Origin: Eledone cirrhosa
Taxonomy: Eukaryota
Direction of reading: 5' to 3'
Length of the DNA stretch: 64,000 nt
NCBI GenBank assembly: GCA_964016885.1
Contig: OZ024742.1
Location: 373,302,001 to 373,366,000 of the forward strand
Part shown: piece after piece, positions 43,101-57,600 of the stretch
Position numbering within the stretch: the stretch's first letter is position 1
How the letters are laid out: the number at the start of each line of letters is the position of its first letter
Program-made: the position numbers and the translations under genes
The notes under the pieces: model-generated
Database searches by the model: none
What the model saw: the letters and a program-made list of their open reading frames with translations, nothing else
Told to the model about the DNA's origin: nothing

Positions 43101-45786
43101 TCTGATAGTCCCACAAGCCACATATTAGTCTGATAGTCCCACAAACCACATAGTTCTGATAGTCCCACAAGCCACATATAAGTATCATAGTCCCACAAGC
43201 CACATACTGCTGATAGTCCCACAAGCCACATATTGGTCTGATAGTCCCACAAGTCACATACCTCTGATAGTCCCATAAGCCACATATTAATCTGATAGTC
43301 CCACAAGCCACATACATCTGATAGTCCCACAAGCCACATACCTCTGATAGTCCCACAAACCACATATTAGTCTGATAGTTCCACAAGCCACATACCTCTG
43401 ATAGTCCCACAAGCCAGATAATTGTCTGATAGTCCCACAGGTCACATATCTCTGATAGTCCCACAAGTCACATACCTCCGATAGTCCCACAAGCCACATA
43501 TTAGTCTGATAGTCTTACAAGCCACATACCTCTGATAGTCCCACAAGCCACATACCTCTAATAGTCCCACAAGTCACATACCTCTGATAGTCCCACAAGT
43601 CACATACCTCTGATAGTCCCACAAGCCACATATTAGTCTGATAGTCCCACAAGCCACATAGTTCTGATAGTCCCACAAGCCACATACTTCTGATAGTCCC
43701 ACAAGCCACATACTGCTGATAGTCACACAAGCCACATATTGGTCTGATAGTCCCACAAGTCACATACCTCTGATAGTCCCATAAGCCACATATTAGTCTG
43801 ATAGTCCCACAAGCCACATACATCTGATAGTCCCACAAGCCACATACCTCTGATAGTCCCACAAGCCACATACCTCTGATAGTCCCACAAGCCACATACC
43901 TCTGATAGTCCCACAAGCCACATACCTCTGATAGTCTCACAAGCCACATACCTCTGATAGTCCCACTAGCCACATACCTCTGATAGTCCCACAAGCTACA
44001 TACCTCTAATAGTCCCACAAGCCACATACCTCTCATAGTCCAACACGCCACATATTAGTTTGATAGTCCCACAAGCCACATACCTCTGATAGTCCCACAA
44101 ACCACATACCTCTGATAGTCCCACAAGCCGCATATTAGTCTGATAGTCCCACAGGTCACATATCTCTGATAGTCCCACAAGCCACATACCTCTGATAGTC
44201 CCACAAGCCACATACCTCTGATAGTCCCACAAGCCACATACCTCTGATAGTCCCACAAGCCACATATTAGTCTGATAGTTCCACAGGCCACATACCTCTG
44301 ATAGTCCCACAAGCCACATATTAGTCTGATAGTCCCACAAGCCAGAAAGCTCTGATAGTCCCACAAGCCACATACCTCTGATAGTCCCACAAGCCACATA
44401 CTGCTGATAGTCCCACAAGCCACATATTGGTCTGATAGTCCCTCAAGTCACATACCTCTGATAGTCCCACAAGCCACATACCTCTGATAGTTCATCAAGC
44501 CACATACCTCTGATAGTCCCACAAGCCACATACCTTTGATAGTCCCACAAGCCACATATTAGTCTGATAGTCCCACAAGCCACATACCTCTGATAGTCCC
44601 ACAAGCCACATATTAGTGTGATAGTCCCACAAGCCACATACCTACGATAGTCCCACAAGCCACATATTAGTCTGATAGTCTTACAAGCCACATACCTCTG
44701 ATAGTCCCACAAGTCACATACCTCTGATAGTCCCACAAGCCACATATTAGTCTGATAGTCCCACAAGCCACATATTAGTCTGATAGTCCCACAAACCACA
44801 TAGTTCTGATAGTCCCACAAGCCACATATAAGTATCATAGTCCCACAAGCCACATACTGCTGATAGTCCCACAAGCCACATATTGGTCTGATAGTCCCAC
44901 AAGTCACATACCTCTGATAGTCCCATAAGCCACATATTAATCTGATAGTCCCACAAGCCACATACATCTGATAGTCCCACAAGCCACATACCTCTGATAG
45001 TCCCACAAACCACATATTAGTCTGATAGTTCCACAAGCCACATACCTCTGATAGTCCCACAAGCCAGATAATTGTCTGATAGTCCCACAGGTCACATATC
45101 TCTGATAGTCCCACAAGCCACATACCTCTGATAGTCCCACAAGCCACATACCTCTGATAGTCCCACAAGCCACATACCTCTGATAGTCTCACAAGCCACA
45201 TACCTCTGATAGTCCCACTAGCCACATACCTCTGACAGTCCCACAAGCTACATACCTCTCATAGTCCCACAAGCCACATACCTCTCATAGTCCAACACGC
45301 CACATATTAGTTTGATAGTCCCACAAGCCACATACCTCTGATAGTCCCACAAACCACATACCTCTGATAGTCCCACAAGCCACATATTAGTCTGATAGTC
45401 CCACAGGTCACATACTTCTGATAGTCCCACAAACCACATATCTCTGATAGTCCCACAAGCCACATATTAGTCTGATAGTCCATCAAGCCACATACCTCTG
45501 ATAGTCCCACAAGCCACATACCTCTGATAGTCCCACAAGTCACATACCTCTGATAGTCCCACAAGTCACATACCTCTGATAGTCCCACAAGCCACATACC
45601 TCTGATAGTACCACAAGCCACATATTAGTCTGATAGTCCCACAAGTCACATACCTCTGATAGTCCCACAAGCCACATATTAGTCTGATAGTCCCACAAAT
45701 CACATACCTTTGATAGTCCCACAAGCCACATATTAATCTGATAGTCCCACAAGCCACATACCTCTGATAGTCCCACAAGCCACATA
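40110..45786. repeat. 2825/2822-bp tandem duplication, second instance, carried inside the 11.6-kb-offset copy
   Basis: ORF pairs 40272/43097, 40690/43515 and 41618/44443 differ by 2825. Pairs 41925/44747 and 42426/45248 differ by 2822. Confidence 0.92.
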
Positions 45787-46242
45787 TTAGACTGATAGTC
45801 CCACAAGCCACATACCTCTGATAGTCCCACAAGCCACATACCTCTGATAGTCCCACAAGCCACATACCTCAGATAGTCCCACAAGCCACATACCTCTGAT
45901 AGTCCCACAAGTCACATACCTTTGGTAGTCCTACAAGCAACATATTAATCTGATAGTCCCACAAACCACATACCTCTGATAGTCCCACACGCAACATATT
46001 AGTCTGATAGTCCCACAAGCCACATACTTCTGATAGTCCCACAAGCCACATATTAGTCTGATAGTCCCACAAGCCACATACCTCTGATAGTCTCACAAGC
46101 CACATATTAGTCTGATAGTCCCACAAGTCACATACCTCTGATAGTCCCACAAGTCACATACCTCTTATAGTCCCACAAACCACATACTTCTGATAGTCCC
46201 ACAAGCCACATACCTCTGATAGTCCCACAAGCCACATATTAG

Positions 46243-49200
46243 TCTGATAGTCCCACAAGCCACATACCTCTGATAGTCCCACAAGCCACATATTAGTGTG
46301 ATAGTCCCACAAGCCACATACCTACGATAGTCCCACAAGCCACATATTAGTCTGATAGTCTTACAAGCCACATACCTCTGATAGTCCCACAAGTCACATA
46401 CATCTGATAGTCCCACAAGCCACATATTAGTCTGATAGTCCCACAAGCCACATATTAGTCTGATAGTCCCACAAACCACATAGTTCTGATAGTCCCACAA
46501 GCCACATATAAGTATCATAGTCCCACAAGCCACATACTGCTGATAGTCCCACAAGCCACATATTGGTCTGATAGTCCCACAAGTCACATACCTCTGATAG
46601 TCCCATAAGCCACATATTAATCTGATAGTCCCACAAGCCACATACATCTGATAGTCCCACAAGCCACATACCTCTGATAGTCCCACAAACCACATATTAG
46701 TCTGATAGTTCCACAAGCCACATACCTCTGATAGTCCCACAAGCCAGATAATTGTCTGATAGTCCCACAGGTCACATATCTCTGATAGTCCCACAAGCCA
46801 CATACCTCTGATAGTCCCACAAGCCACATACCCCTGATAGTCCCACAAGCCACATACCTCTGATAGTCTCACAAGCCACATACCTCTGATAGTCCCACTA
46901 GCCACATACCTCTGACAGTCCCACAAGCTACATACCTCTCATAGTCCCACAAGCCACATACCTCTCATAGTCCAACACGCCACATATTAGTTTGATAGTC
47001 CCACAAGCCACATACCTCTGATAGTCCCACAAACCACATACCTCTGATAGTCCCACAAGCCACATATTAGTCTGATAGTCCCACAGGTCACATACTTCTG
47101 ATAGTCCCACAAACCACATATCTCTGATAGTCCCACAAGCCACATATTAGTCTGATAGTCCATCAAGCCACATACCTCTGATAGTCCCACAAGCCACATA
47201 CCTCTGATAGTCCCACAAGTCACATACCTCTGATAGTCCCACAAGTCACATACCTCTGATAGTCCCACAAGCCACATACCTCTGATAGTACCACAAGCCA
47301 CATACCTCTGATTGTCCCACAAGCCACATACCTCTGATAGTCCCACAAGGCACATACCTCTGATAGTCCCACAAGCCACATATTAGTCTGATAGTCCCAC
47401 AAGCCACATACCTCTGATAGTCCCACAAGCCACATATTAGTCTGATAGTCCCACAAGTCACATACCTCTGATTGTCCCACAAGCCACATATTAGTCTGAT
47501 AGTCCCACAAGTCACATACCTCTGATAGTCTTACAAGCCACATATTAGTATGATAGTCCCACAAGCCACATGCCTCTGATAGTCCCACAAGCCACATATT
47601 AGTCTGATAGTCCCACAAGTCACATACCTCTGATAGTCCCACAAGCCACATATTAGTCTGATAGTCCCACAAATCACATACCTTTGATAGTCCCACAAGC
47701 CACATATTAATCTGATAGTCCCACAAGCCACATACCTCTGATAGTCCCACAAGCCACATATTAGACTGATAGTCCCACAAGCCACATACCTCTGATAGTC
47801 CCACAAGCCACATACCTCTGATAGTCCCACAAGCCACATACCTCTGATAGTCCCACAAGCCACATACCTTTGGTAGTCCTACAAGCAACATATTAATCTG
47901 ATAGTCCCACAAACCACATACCTCTGATAGTCCCACAAGCCACATATTAGTCTGATAGTCCCACAAGCCACATACCTCTGATAGTCTCACAAGCCACATA
48001 TTAGTCTGATAGTCCCACAAGTCACATACCTCTGATAGTTCCACAAGTCACATACCTCTTATAGTCCCACAAACCACATACTTCTGATAGTCCCACAAGC
48101 CACATACCTCTGATAGTCCCACAAGCCACATATTAGTCTGATAGTCCCACAAGCCACATACCTCTGATAGTCCCACAAGCCACATACCTCTGATAGTCCC
48201 ACAAGCCACATATTAGTCTGATAGTCCCACAAGTCACATACCTCTGATAGTCCCACAAACCACATATTAGTCTGATAGTTCCACAAGCCACATACCTCTG
48301 ATAGTCCCACAAGCCACATATTAGTCTGATAGTCCCACAGGTCACATATCTCTGATAGTCCCACAAGCGACATACCTCTGATAGTCCCACAAGCCACATA
48401 CCTCTGATAGTCCCACAAGCCACATACCTCTGATAGTCTCACAAGCCACATACCTCTGATAGTCCCACTAGCCACATACCTCTGATAGTCCCACAAGCTA
48501 CATACCTCTCATAGTCCCACAAGCCACATACCTCTCATAGTCCAACACGCCACATATTAGTTTGATAGTCCCACAAGCCACATACCTCTGATAGTCCCAC
48601 AATCCACATACCTCTGATAGTCCCACAAGCCGCAATATTAGTCTGATAGTCCCACAGGTCACATACCTCTGATAGTCCCACAAACCACATACCTCTGATA
48701 GTCCCACAAGCCACATATTAGTCTGATAGTCCCACAGGTCACATACCTCTGATAGTCCCACAAGCCACATACCTCTGATAGTCCCACAAGCCACATATTA
48801 GTCTGATAGTCCCACAAGTCACATACCTCTGATAGTCCCACAAGCTACATATTAGTCTGATAGTCCCACAAGTCACATACCTCTGATAGTCCCACAAGCC
48901 ACATAACTCTGATAGTCCATCAAGCCACATACCTCTGATAGTCCCACAAGCCACATACCTCTGATAGTCCCACAAGCCACATACCTCTGATAGTCCCACA
49001 AGCCACATATTAGTCTGATAGTCCCACAAGCCACATACCTCTGATAGTCCCACAAGCCACATACCTCTGATAGTCCCACAAGCCACATATTAGTCTGATA
49101 GTCCCACAAGTCACATACCTCTGATAGTCCCACAAGCTACATATTAGTCTGATAGTCCCACAAGTCACATACCTCTGATAGTCCCACAAGCCACATAACT

Positions 49201-52200
49201 CTGATAGTCCATCAAGCCACATACCTCTGATAGTCCCACAAGCCACATACCTCTGATAGTCCCACAAGCCACATACCTCTGATAGTCCCACAAGCCACAT
49301 ATTAGTCTGATAGTCCCACAAGCCACATACCTCTGATAGTCCCACAAGCCACATACCTCTGATAGTTCCACAAGCCACATATTAGTCTGATAGTCCCACA
49401 AGTCACATACCTCTGATAGTCCCACAGGCCACATATTAGTCTGATAGTCCCACAATCCACATACCTCTGATAGTCTCACAAGCCACATACCTCTGATAGT
49501 CCCACTAGCCACATACCTCTGATAGTCCCACAAGCTACATACCTCTCATAGTCCCACAAGCCACATACCTCTCATAGTCCAACACGCCACATATTAGTTT
49601 GATAGTCCCACAAGCCACATACCTCTGATAGTCCCACAAACCACATACCTCTGATAGTCCCACAAGCCACATATTAGTCTGATAGTCCCACAGGTCACAT
49701 ACCTCTGATAGTCCCACAAACCACATACCTCTGATAGTCCCACAAGCCACATATTTGTCTGATAGTCCCACAGGTCACATACCTCTGATAGTCCCACAAG
49801 CCACATAACTCTGATAGTCCCACAAGTCACATACATCCGATAGTCCCACAAGCCACATATTAGTCTGATAGTCTTACAAGCCACATACCTCTGATAGTCC
49901 CACAAGCCACATACCTCTAGTAGTCCCACAAGCCACATACCTCTAGTAGTCCCACAAGTCACATACCTCTGATAGTCCCACAAGTCACATACCTCTGATA
50001 GTCCCACAAGCCACATATTAGTCTGATAGTCCCACAAGTCACATACCTCTGATAGTCCCACAAGCCACATATTAGTCTGATAGTCCCACAAGTCACATAC
50101 CTTTGATAGTCCCACAAGCCACATATTAATCTGATAGTCCCACAAGCCACATATTAGTCTGATAGTCCCACAAGCCACATACCTCTGATAGTCCCACAAG
50201 CCACATACCTCTGATAGTCCCACAAGCCACATACCTCTGATAGTCCCACAAACCACATACCTCTGATAGTCCCACAAGTCACATACCTCTGATAGTCCTA
50301 CAAGCCACATATTAATCTGATAGTCCCACAAGCCACATACTTCTGATAGTCCCACAAGCCACATACCTCTGATAGTCCCACAAGTCACATACCTCTGATA
50401 GTCCTACAAGCCACATATTAATCTGATAGTCCCACAAGCCACATACCTCTGATAGTCCCACAAGCCACATATTAGTGTGATAGTCCCACAAGCCACATAC
50501 CTACGATAGTCCCACAAGCCACATATTAGTCTGATAGTCTTACAAGCCACATACCTCTGATAGTCCCACAAGTCACATACATCTGATAGTCCCACAAGCC
50601 ACATATTAGTCTGATAGTCCCACAAGCCACATATTAGTCTGATAGTCCCACAAACCACATAGTTCTGATAGTCCCACAAGCCACATATAAGTATCATAGT
50701 CCCACAAGCCACATACTGCTGATAGTCCCACAAGCCACATATTGGTCTGATAGTCCCACAAGTCACATACCTCTGATAGTCCCATAAGCCACATATTAAT
50801 CTGATAGTCCCACAAGCCACATACATCTGATAGTCCCACAAGCCACATACCTCTGATAGTCCCACAAACCACATATTAGTCTGATAGTTCCACAAGCCAC
50901 ATACCTCTGATAGTCCCACAAGCCAGATAATTGTCTGATAGTCCCACAGGTCACATATCTCTGATAGTCCCACAAGCCACATACCTCTGATAGTCCCACA
51001 AGCCACATACCCCTGATAGTCCCACAAGCCACATACCTCTGATAGTCTCACAAGCCACATACCTCTGATAGTCCCACTAGCCACATACCTCTGACAGTCC
51101 CACAAGCTACATACCTCTCATAGTCCCACAAGCCACATACCTCTCATAGTCCAACACGCCACATATTAGTTTGATAGTCCCACAAGCCACATACCTCTGA
51201 TAGTCCCACAAACCACATACCTCTGATAGTCCCACAAGCCACATATTAGTCTGATAGTCCCACAGGTCACATACTTCTGATAGTCCCACAAACCACATAT
51301 CTCTGATAGTCCCACAAGCCACATATTAGTCTGATAGTCCATCAAGCCACATACCTCTGATAGTCCCACAAGCCACATACCTCTGATAGTCCCACAAGTC
51401 ACATACCTCTGATAGTCCCACAAGTCACATACCTCTGATAGTCCCACAAGCCACATACCTCTGATAGTACCACAAGCCACATACCTCTGATTGTCCCACA
51501 AGCCACATACCTCTGATAGTCCCACAAGGCACATACCTCTGATAGTCCCACAAGCCACATATTAGTCTGATAGTCCCACAAGCCACATACCTCTGATAGT
51601 CCCACAAGCCACATATTAGTCTGATAGTCCCACAAGTCACATACCTCTGATTGTCCCACAAGCCACATATTAGTCTGATAGTCCCACAAGTCACATACCT
51701 CTGATAGTCTTACAAGCCACATATTAGTATGATAGTCCCACAAGCCACATGCCTCTGATAGTCCCACAAGCCACATATTAGTCTGATAGTCCCACAAGTC
51801 ACATACCTCTGATAGTCCCACAAGCCACATATTAGTCTGATAGTCCCACAAATCACATACCTTTGATAGTCCCACAAGCCACATATTAATCTGATAGTCC
51901 CACAAGCCACATACCTCTGATAGTCCCACAAGCCACATATTAGACTGATAGTCCCACAAGCCACATACCTCTGATAGTCCCACAAGCCACATACCTCTGA
52001 TAGTCCCACAAGCCACATACCTCTGATAGTCCCACAAGCCACATACCTTTGGTAGTCCTACAAGCAACATATTAATCTGATAGTCCCACAAACCACATAC
52101 CTCTGATAGTCCCACAAGCCACATATTAGTCTGATAGTCCCACAAGCCACATACCTCTGATAGTCTCACAAGCCACATATTAGTCTGATAGTCCCACAAG

Positions 52201-54650
52201 TCACATACCTCTGATAGTTCCACAAGTCACATACCTCTTATAGTCCCACAAACCACATACTTCTGATAGTCCCACAAGCCACATACCTCTGATAGTCCCA
52301 CAAGCCACATATTAGTCTGATAGTCCCACAAGCCACATACCTCTGATAGTCCCACAAGCCACATACCTCTGATAGTCCCACAAGCCACATATTAGTCTGA
52401 TAGTCCCACAAGTCACATACCTCTGATAGTCCCACAAACCACATATTAGTCTGATAGTTCCACAAGCCACATACCTCTGATAGTCCCACAAGCCACATAT
52501 TAGTCTGATAGTCCCACAGGTCACATATCTCTGATAGTCCCACAAACGACATACCTCTGATAGTCCCACAAGCCACATACCTCTGATAGTCCCACAAGCC
52601 ACATACCTCTGATAGTCTCACAAGCCACATACCTCTGATAGTCCCACTAGCCACATACCTCTGATAGTCCCACAAGCTACATACCTCTCATAGTCCCACA
52701 AGCCACATACCTCTCATAGTCCAACACGCCACATATTAGTTTGATAGTCCCACAAGCCACATACCTCTGATAGTCCCACAATCCACATACCTCTGATAGT
52801 CCCACAAGCCGCAATATTAGTCTGATAGTCCCACAGGTCACATACCTCTGATAGTCCCACAAACCACATACCTCTGATAGTCCCACAAGCCACATATTAG
52901 TCTGATAGTCCCACAGGTCACATACCTCTGATAGTCCCACAAGCCACATACCTCTGATAGTCCCACAAGCCACATATTAGTCTGATAGTCCCACAAGTCA
53001 CATACCTCTGATAGTCCCACAAGCTACATATTAGTCTGATAGTCCCACAAGTCACATACCTCTGATAGTCCCACAAGCCACATAACTCTGATAGTCCATC
53101 AAGCCACATACCTCTGATAGTCCCACAAGCCACATACTTCTGATAGTCCCACAAGCCACATACCTCTGATAGTCCCACAAGCCACATATTAGTCTGATAG
53201 TCCCACAAGCCACATACCTCTGATAGTCCCACAAGCCACATACCTCTGATAGTCCCACAAGCCACATATTAGTCTGATAGTCCCACAAGTCACATACCTC
53301 TGATAGTCCCACAAGCTACATATTAGTCTGATAGTCCCACAAGTCACATACCTCTGATAGTCCCACAAGCCACATAACTCTGATAGTCCATCAAGCCACA
53401 TACCTCTGATAGTCCCACAAGCCACATACCTCTGATAGTCCCACAAGCCACATACCTCTGATAGTCCCACAAGCCACATATTAGTCTGATAGTCCCACAA
53501 GCCACATACCTCTGATAGTCCCACAAGCCACATACCTCTGATAGTTCCACAAGCCACATATTAGTCTGATAGTCCCACAAGTCACATACCTCTGATAGTC
53601 CCACAGGCCACATATTAGTCTGATAGTCCCACAATCCACATACCTCTGATAGTCTCACAAGCCACATACCTCTGATAGTCCCACTAGCCACATACCTCTG
53701 ATAGTCCCACAAGCTACATACCTCTCATAGTACCACAAGCCACATACCTCTCATAGTCCAACACGCCACATATTAGTTTGATAGTCCCACAAGCCACATA
53801 CCTCTGATAGTCCCACAAACCACATACCTCTGATAGTCCCACAAGCCACATATTAGTCTGATAGTCCCACAGGTCACATACCTCTGATAGTCCCACAAAC
53901 CACATACCTCTGATAGTCCCACAAGCCACATATTTGTCTGATAGTCCCACAGGTCACATACCTCTGATAGTCCCACAAGCCACATAACTCTGATAGTCCC
54001 ACAAGTCACATACATCCGATAGTCCCACAAGCCACATATTAGTCTGATAGTCTTACAAGCCACATACCTCTGATAGTCCCACAAGCCACATACCTCTAGT
54101 AGTCCCACAAGCCACATACCTCTAGTAGTCCCACAAGTCACATACCTCTGATAGTCCCACAAGTCACATACCTCTGATAGTCCCACAAGCCACATATTAG
54201 TCTGATAGTCCCACAAGTCACATACCTCTGATAGTCCCACAAGCCACATATTAGTCTGATAGTCCCACAAGTCACATACCTTTGATAGTCCCACAAGCCA
54301 CATATTAATCTGATAGTCCCACAAGCCACATATTAGTCTGATAGTCCCACAAGCCACATACCTCTGATAGTCCCACAAGCCACATACCTCTGATAGTCCC
54401 ACAAGCCACATACCTCTGATAGTCCCACAAACCACATACCTCTGATAGTCCCACAAGTCACATACCTCTGATAGTCCTACAAGCCACATATTAATCTGAT
54501 AGTCCCACAAGCCACATACTTCTGATAGTCCCACAAGCCACATACCTCTGATAGTCCCACAAGTCACATACCTCTGATAGTCCTACAAGCCACATATTAA
54601 TCTGATAGTCCCACAAGCCACATACCTCTGATAGTCCCACAAGCCACATA
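46243..54650. repeat. 4179-bp tandem duplication
   Basis: ORF pairs 46427/50606, 46928/51107, 47220/51399, 48059/52238, 48498/52677 and 49594/53773 differ by 4179. Shared markers are tacccct (46829/51008) and the +A insertion (48634/52813). Confidence 0.93.
48790..49400. repeat. 292-bp (11-monomer) tandem duplication, propagated to 53.0 kb and 56.4 kb
   Basis: The string gctacatattagt / taactct / ccatcaag occurs twice. ORF ends 48873/49165, 53052/53344 and 56481/56773 each differ by 292. Confidence 0.88.
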
Positions 54651-57600
54651 CCTCTGATAGTCCCACACGCAACATATTAGTCTGATAGTCCCACAAGCCA
54701 CATACTTCTGATAGTCCCACAAGCCACATACCTCTGATAGTCTCACAAGCCACATATTAGTCTGATAGTCCCACAAGCCACATATTTCTGATAGTCCCAC
54801 AAGTTATATACCTCTGATAGTCCCACAAGTCACATACCTCTTATAGTCCCAGAAACCACATACTTCTGATAGTCCCATAAGCCACATATTAATCTGATAG
54901 TCCCACAAGCCACATACCTCTGATAGTCCCACAAGCCACATACCTCTGATAGTCACACAAGCCACATATTAGTCTGATAGTCCCACAAGTGACATACCTC
55001 TGATAGTCCCACAAACCACATATTAGTCTGATAGTTCCACAAGCCACATACCTCTGATAGTCCCACAAGCCACATACCTCTGATAGTCCCACAAGCCACA
55101 TACCTCTGATAGTCCCACAAGCCACATATTAGTCTGATAGTCCCATAAGCCACATACCTCTGATAGTCCCACAAGCCACATACCTCTGATAGTCCCACAA
55201 GCCACATACCTCTGATAGTCCCACAAGCCACATACCTCTGATAGTCCCACAAGCCACATATTAGTCTGATAGTCCCACAAGTGACATACCTCTGATAGTC
55301 CCACAAACCACATATTAGTCTGATAGTTCCACAAGCCACATACCTCTGATAGTCCCACAAGCCACATATTAGTCTGATAGTCCCACAGGTCACATATCTC
55401 TGATAGTCCCACAAGCCACATACCTCTGATAGTCCCACAAGCCACATACCTCTGATAGTCCCACAAGCCACATACCTTTGGTAGTCCTACAAGCAACATA
55501 TTAATCTGATAGTCCCACAAACCACATACCTCTGATAGTCCCACAAGCCACATATTAGTCTGATAGTCCCACAAGCCACATACCTCTGATAGTCTCACAA
55601 GCCACATATTAGTCTGATAGTCCCACAAGTCACATACCTCTGATAGTTCCACAAGTCACATACCTCTTATAGTCCCACAAACCACATACTTCTGATAGTC
55701 CCACAAGCCACATACCTCTGATAGTCCCACAAGCCACATATTAGTCTGATAGTCCCACAAGCCACATACCTCTGATAGTCCCACAAGCCACATACCTCTG
55801 ATAGTCCCACAAGCCACATATTAGTCTGATAGTCCCACAAGTCACATACCTCTGATAGTCCCACAAACCACATATTAGTCTGATAGTTCCACAAGCCACA
55901 TACCTCTGATAGTCCCACAAGCCACATATTAGTCTGATAGTCCCACAGGTCACATATCTCTGATAGTCCCACAAACGACATACCTCTGATAGTCCCACAA
56001 GCCACATACCTCTGATAGTCCCACAAGCCACATACCTCTGATAGTCTCACAAGCCACATACCTCTGATAGTCCCACTAGCCACATACCTCTGATAGTCCC
56101 ACAAGCTACATACCTCTCATAGTCCCACAAGCCACATACCTCTCATAGTCCAACACGCCACATATTAGTTTGATAGTCCCACAAGCCACATACCTCTGAT
56201 AGTCCCACAATCCACATACCTCTGATAGTCCCACAAGCCGCAATATTAGTCTGATAGTCCCACAGGTCACATACCTCTGATAGTCCCACAAACCACATAC
56301 CTCTGATAGTCCCACAAGCCACATATTAGTCTGATAGTCCCACAGGTCACATACCTCTGATAGTCCCACAAGCCACATACCTCTGATAGTCCCACAAGCC
56401 ACATATTAGTCTGATAGTCCCACAAGTCACATACCTCTGATAGTCCCACAAGCTACATATTAGTCTGATAGTCCCACAAGTCACATACCTCTGATAGTCC
56501 CACAAGCCACATAACTCTGATAGTCCATCAAGCCACATACCTCTGATAGTCCCACAAGCCACATACCTCTGATAGTCCCACAAGCCACATACCTCTGATA
56601 GTCCCACAAGCCACATATTAGTCTGATAGTCCCACAAGCCACATACCTCTGATAGTCCCACAAGCCACATACCTCTGATAGTCCCACAAGCCACATATTA
56701 GTCTGATAGTCCCACAAGTCACATACCTCTGATAGTCCCACAAGCTACATATTAGTCTGATAGTCCCACAAGTCACATACCTCTGATAGTCCCACAAGCC
56801 ACATAACTCTGATAGTCCATCAAGCCACATACCTCTGATAGTCCCACAAGCCACATACCTCTGATAGTCCCACAAGCCACATACCTCTGATAGTCCCACA
56901 AGCCACATATTAGTCTGATAGTCCCACAAGCCACATACCTCTGATAGTCCCACAAGCCACATACCTCTGATAGTTCCACAAGCCACATATTAGTCTGATA
57001 GTCCCACAAGTCACATACCTCTGATAGTCCCACAGGCCACATATTAGTCTGATAGTCCCACAATCCACATACCTCTGATAGTCTCACAAGCCACATACCT
57101 CTGATAGTCCCACTAGCCACATACCTCTGATAGTCCCACAAGCTACATACCTCTCATAGTCCCACAAGCCACATACCTCTCATAGTCCAACACGCCACAT
57201 ATTAGTTTGATAGTCCCACAAGCCACATACCTCTGATAGTCCCACAAACCACATACCTCTGATAGTCCCACAAGCCACATATTAGTCTGATAGTCCCACA
57301 GGTCACATACCTCTGATAGTCCCACAAACCACATACCTCTGATAGTCCCACAAGCCACATATTTGTCTGATAGTCCCACAGGTCACATACCTCTGATAGT
57401 CCCACAAGCCACATAACTCTGATAGTCCCACAAGTCACATACATCCGATAGTCCCACAAGCCACATATTAGTCTGATAGTCTTACAAGCCACATACCTCT
57501 GATAGTCCCACAAGCCACATACCTCTAGTAGTCCCACAAGCCACATACCTCTAGTAGTCCCACAAGTCACATACCTCTGATAGTCCCACAAGTCACATAC

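Larger units (their letters stand above)
25780..45890. repeat. Segmental duplication of about 8.5 kb (about 25780-34308 and 37330-45891), offset 11529 then 11583 bp
   Basis: ORF pairs 26067/37596 and 26872/38401 differ by 11529. Pairs 27769/39352, 29107/40690, 30035/41618, 32860/44443 and 33957/45540 differ by 11583. Shared private markers are cattcct (26531/38060), the AGC insertion (30142/41725) and cctcaga (34284/45867). Confidence 0.93.
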
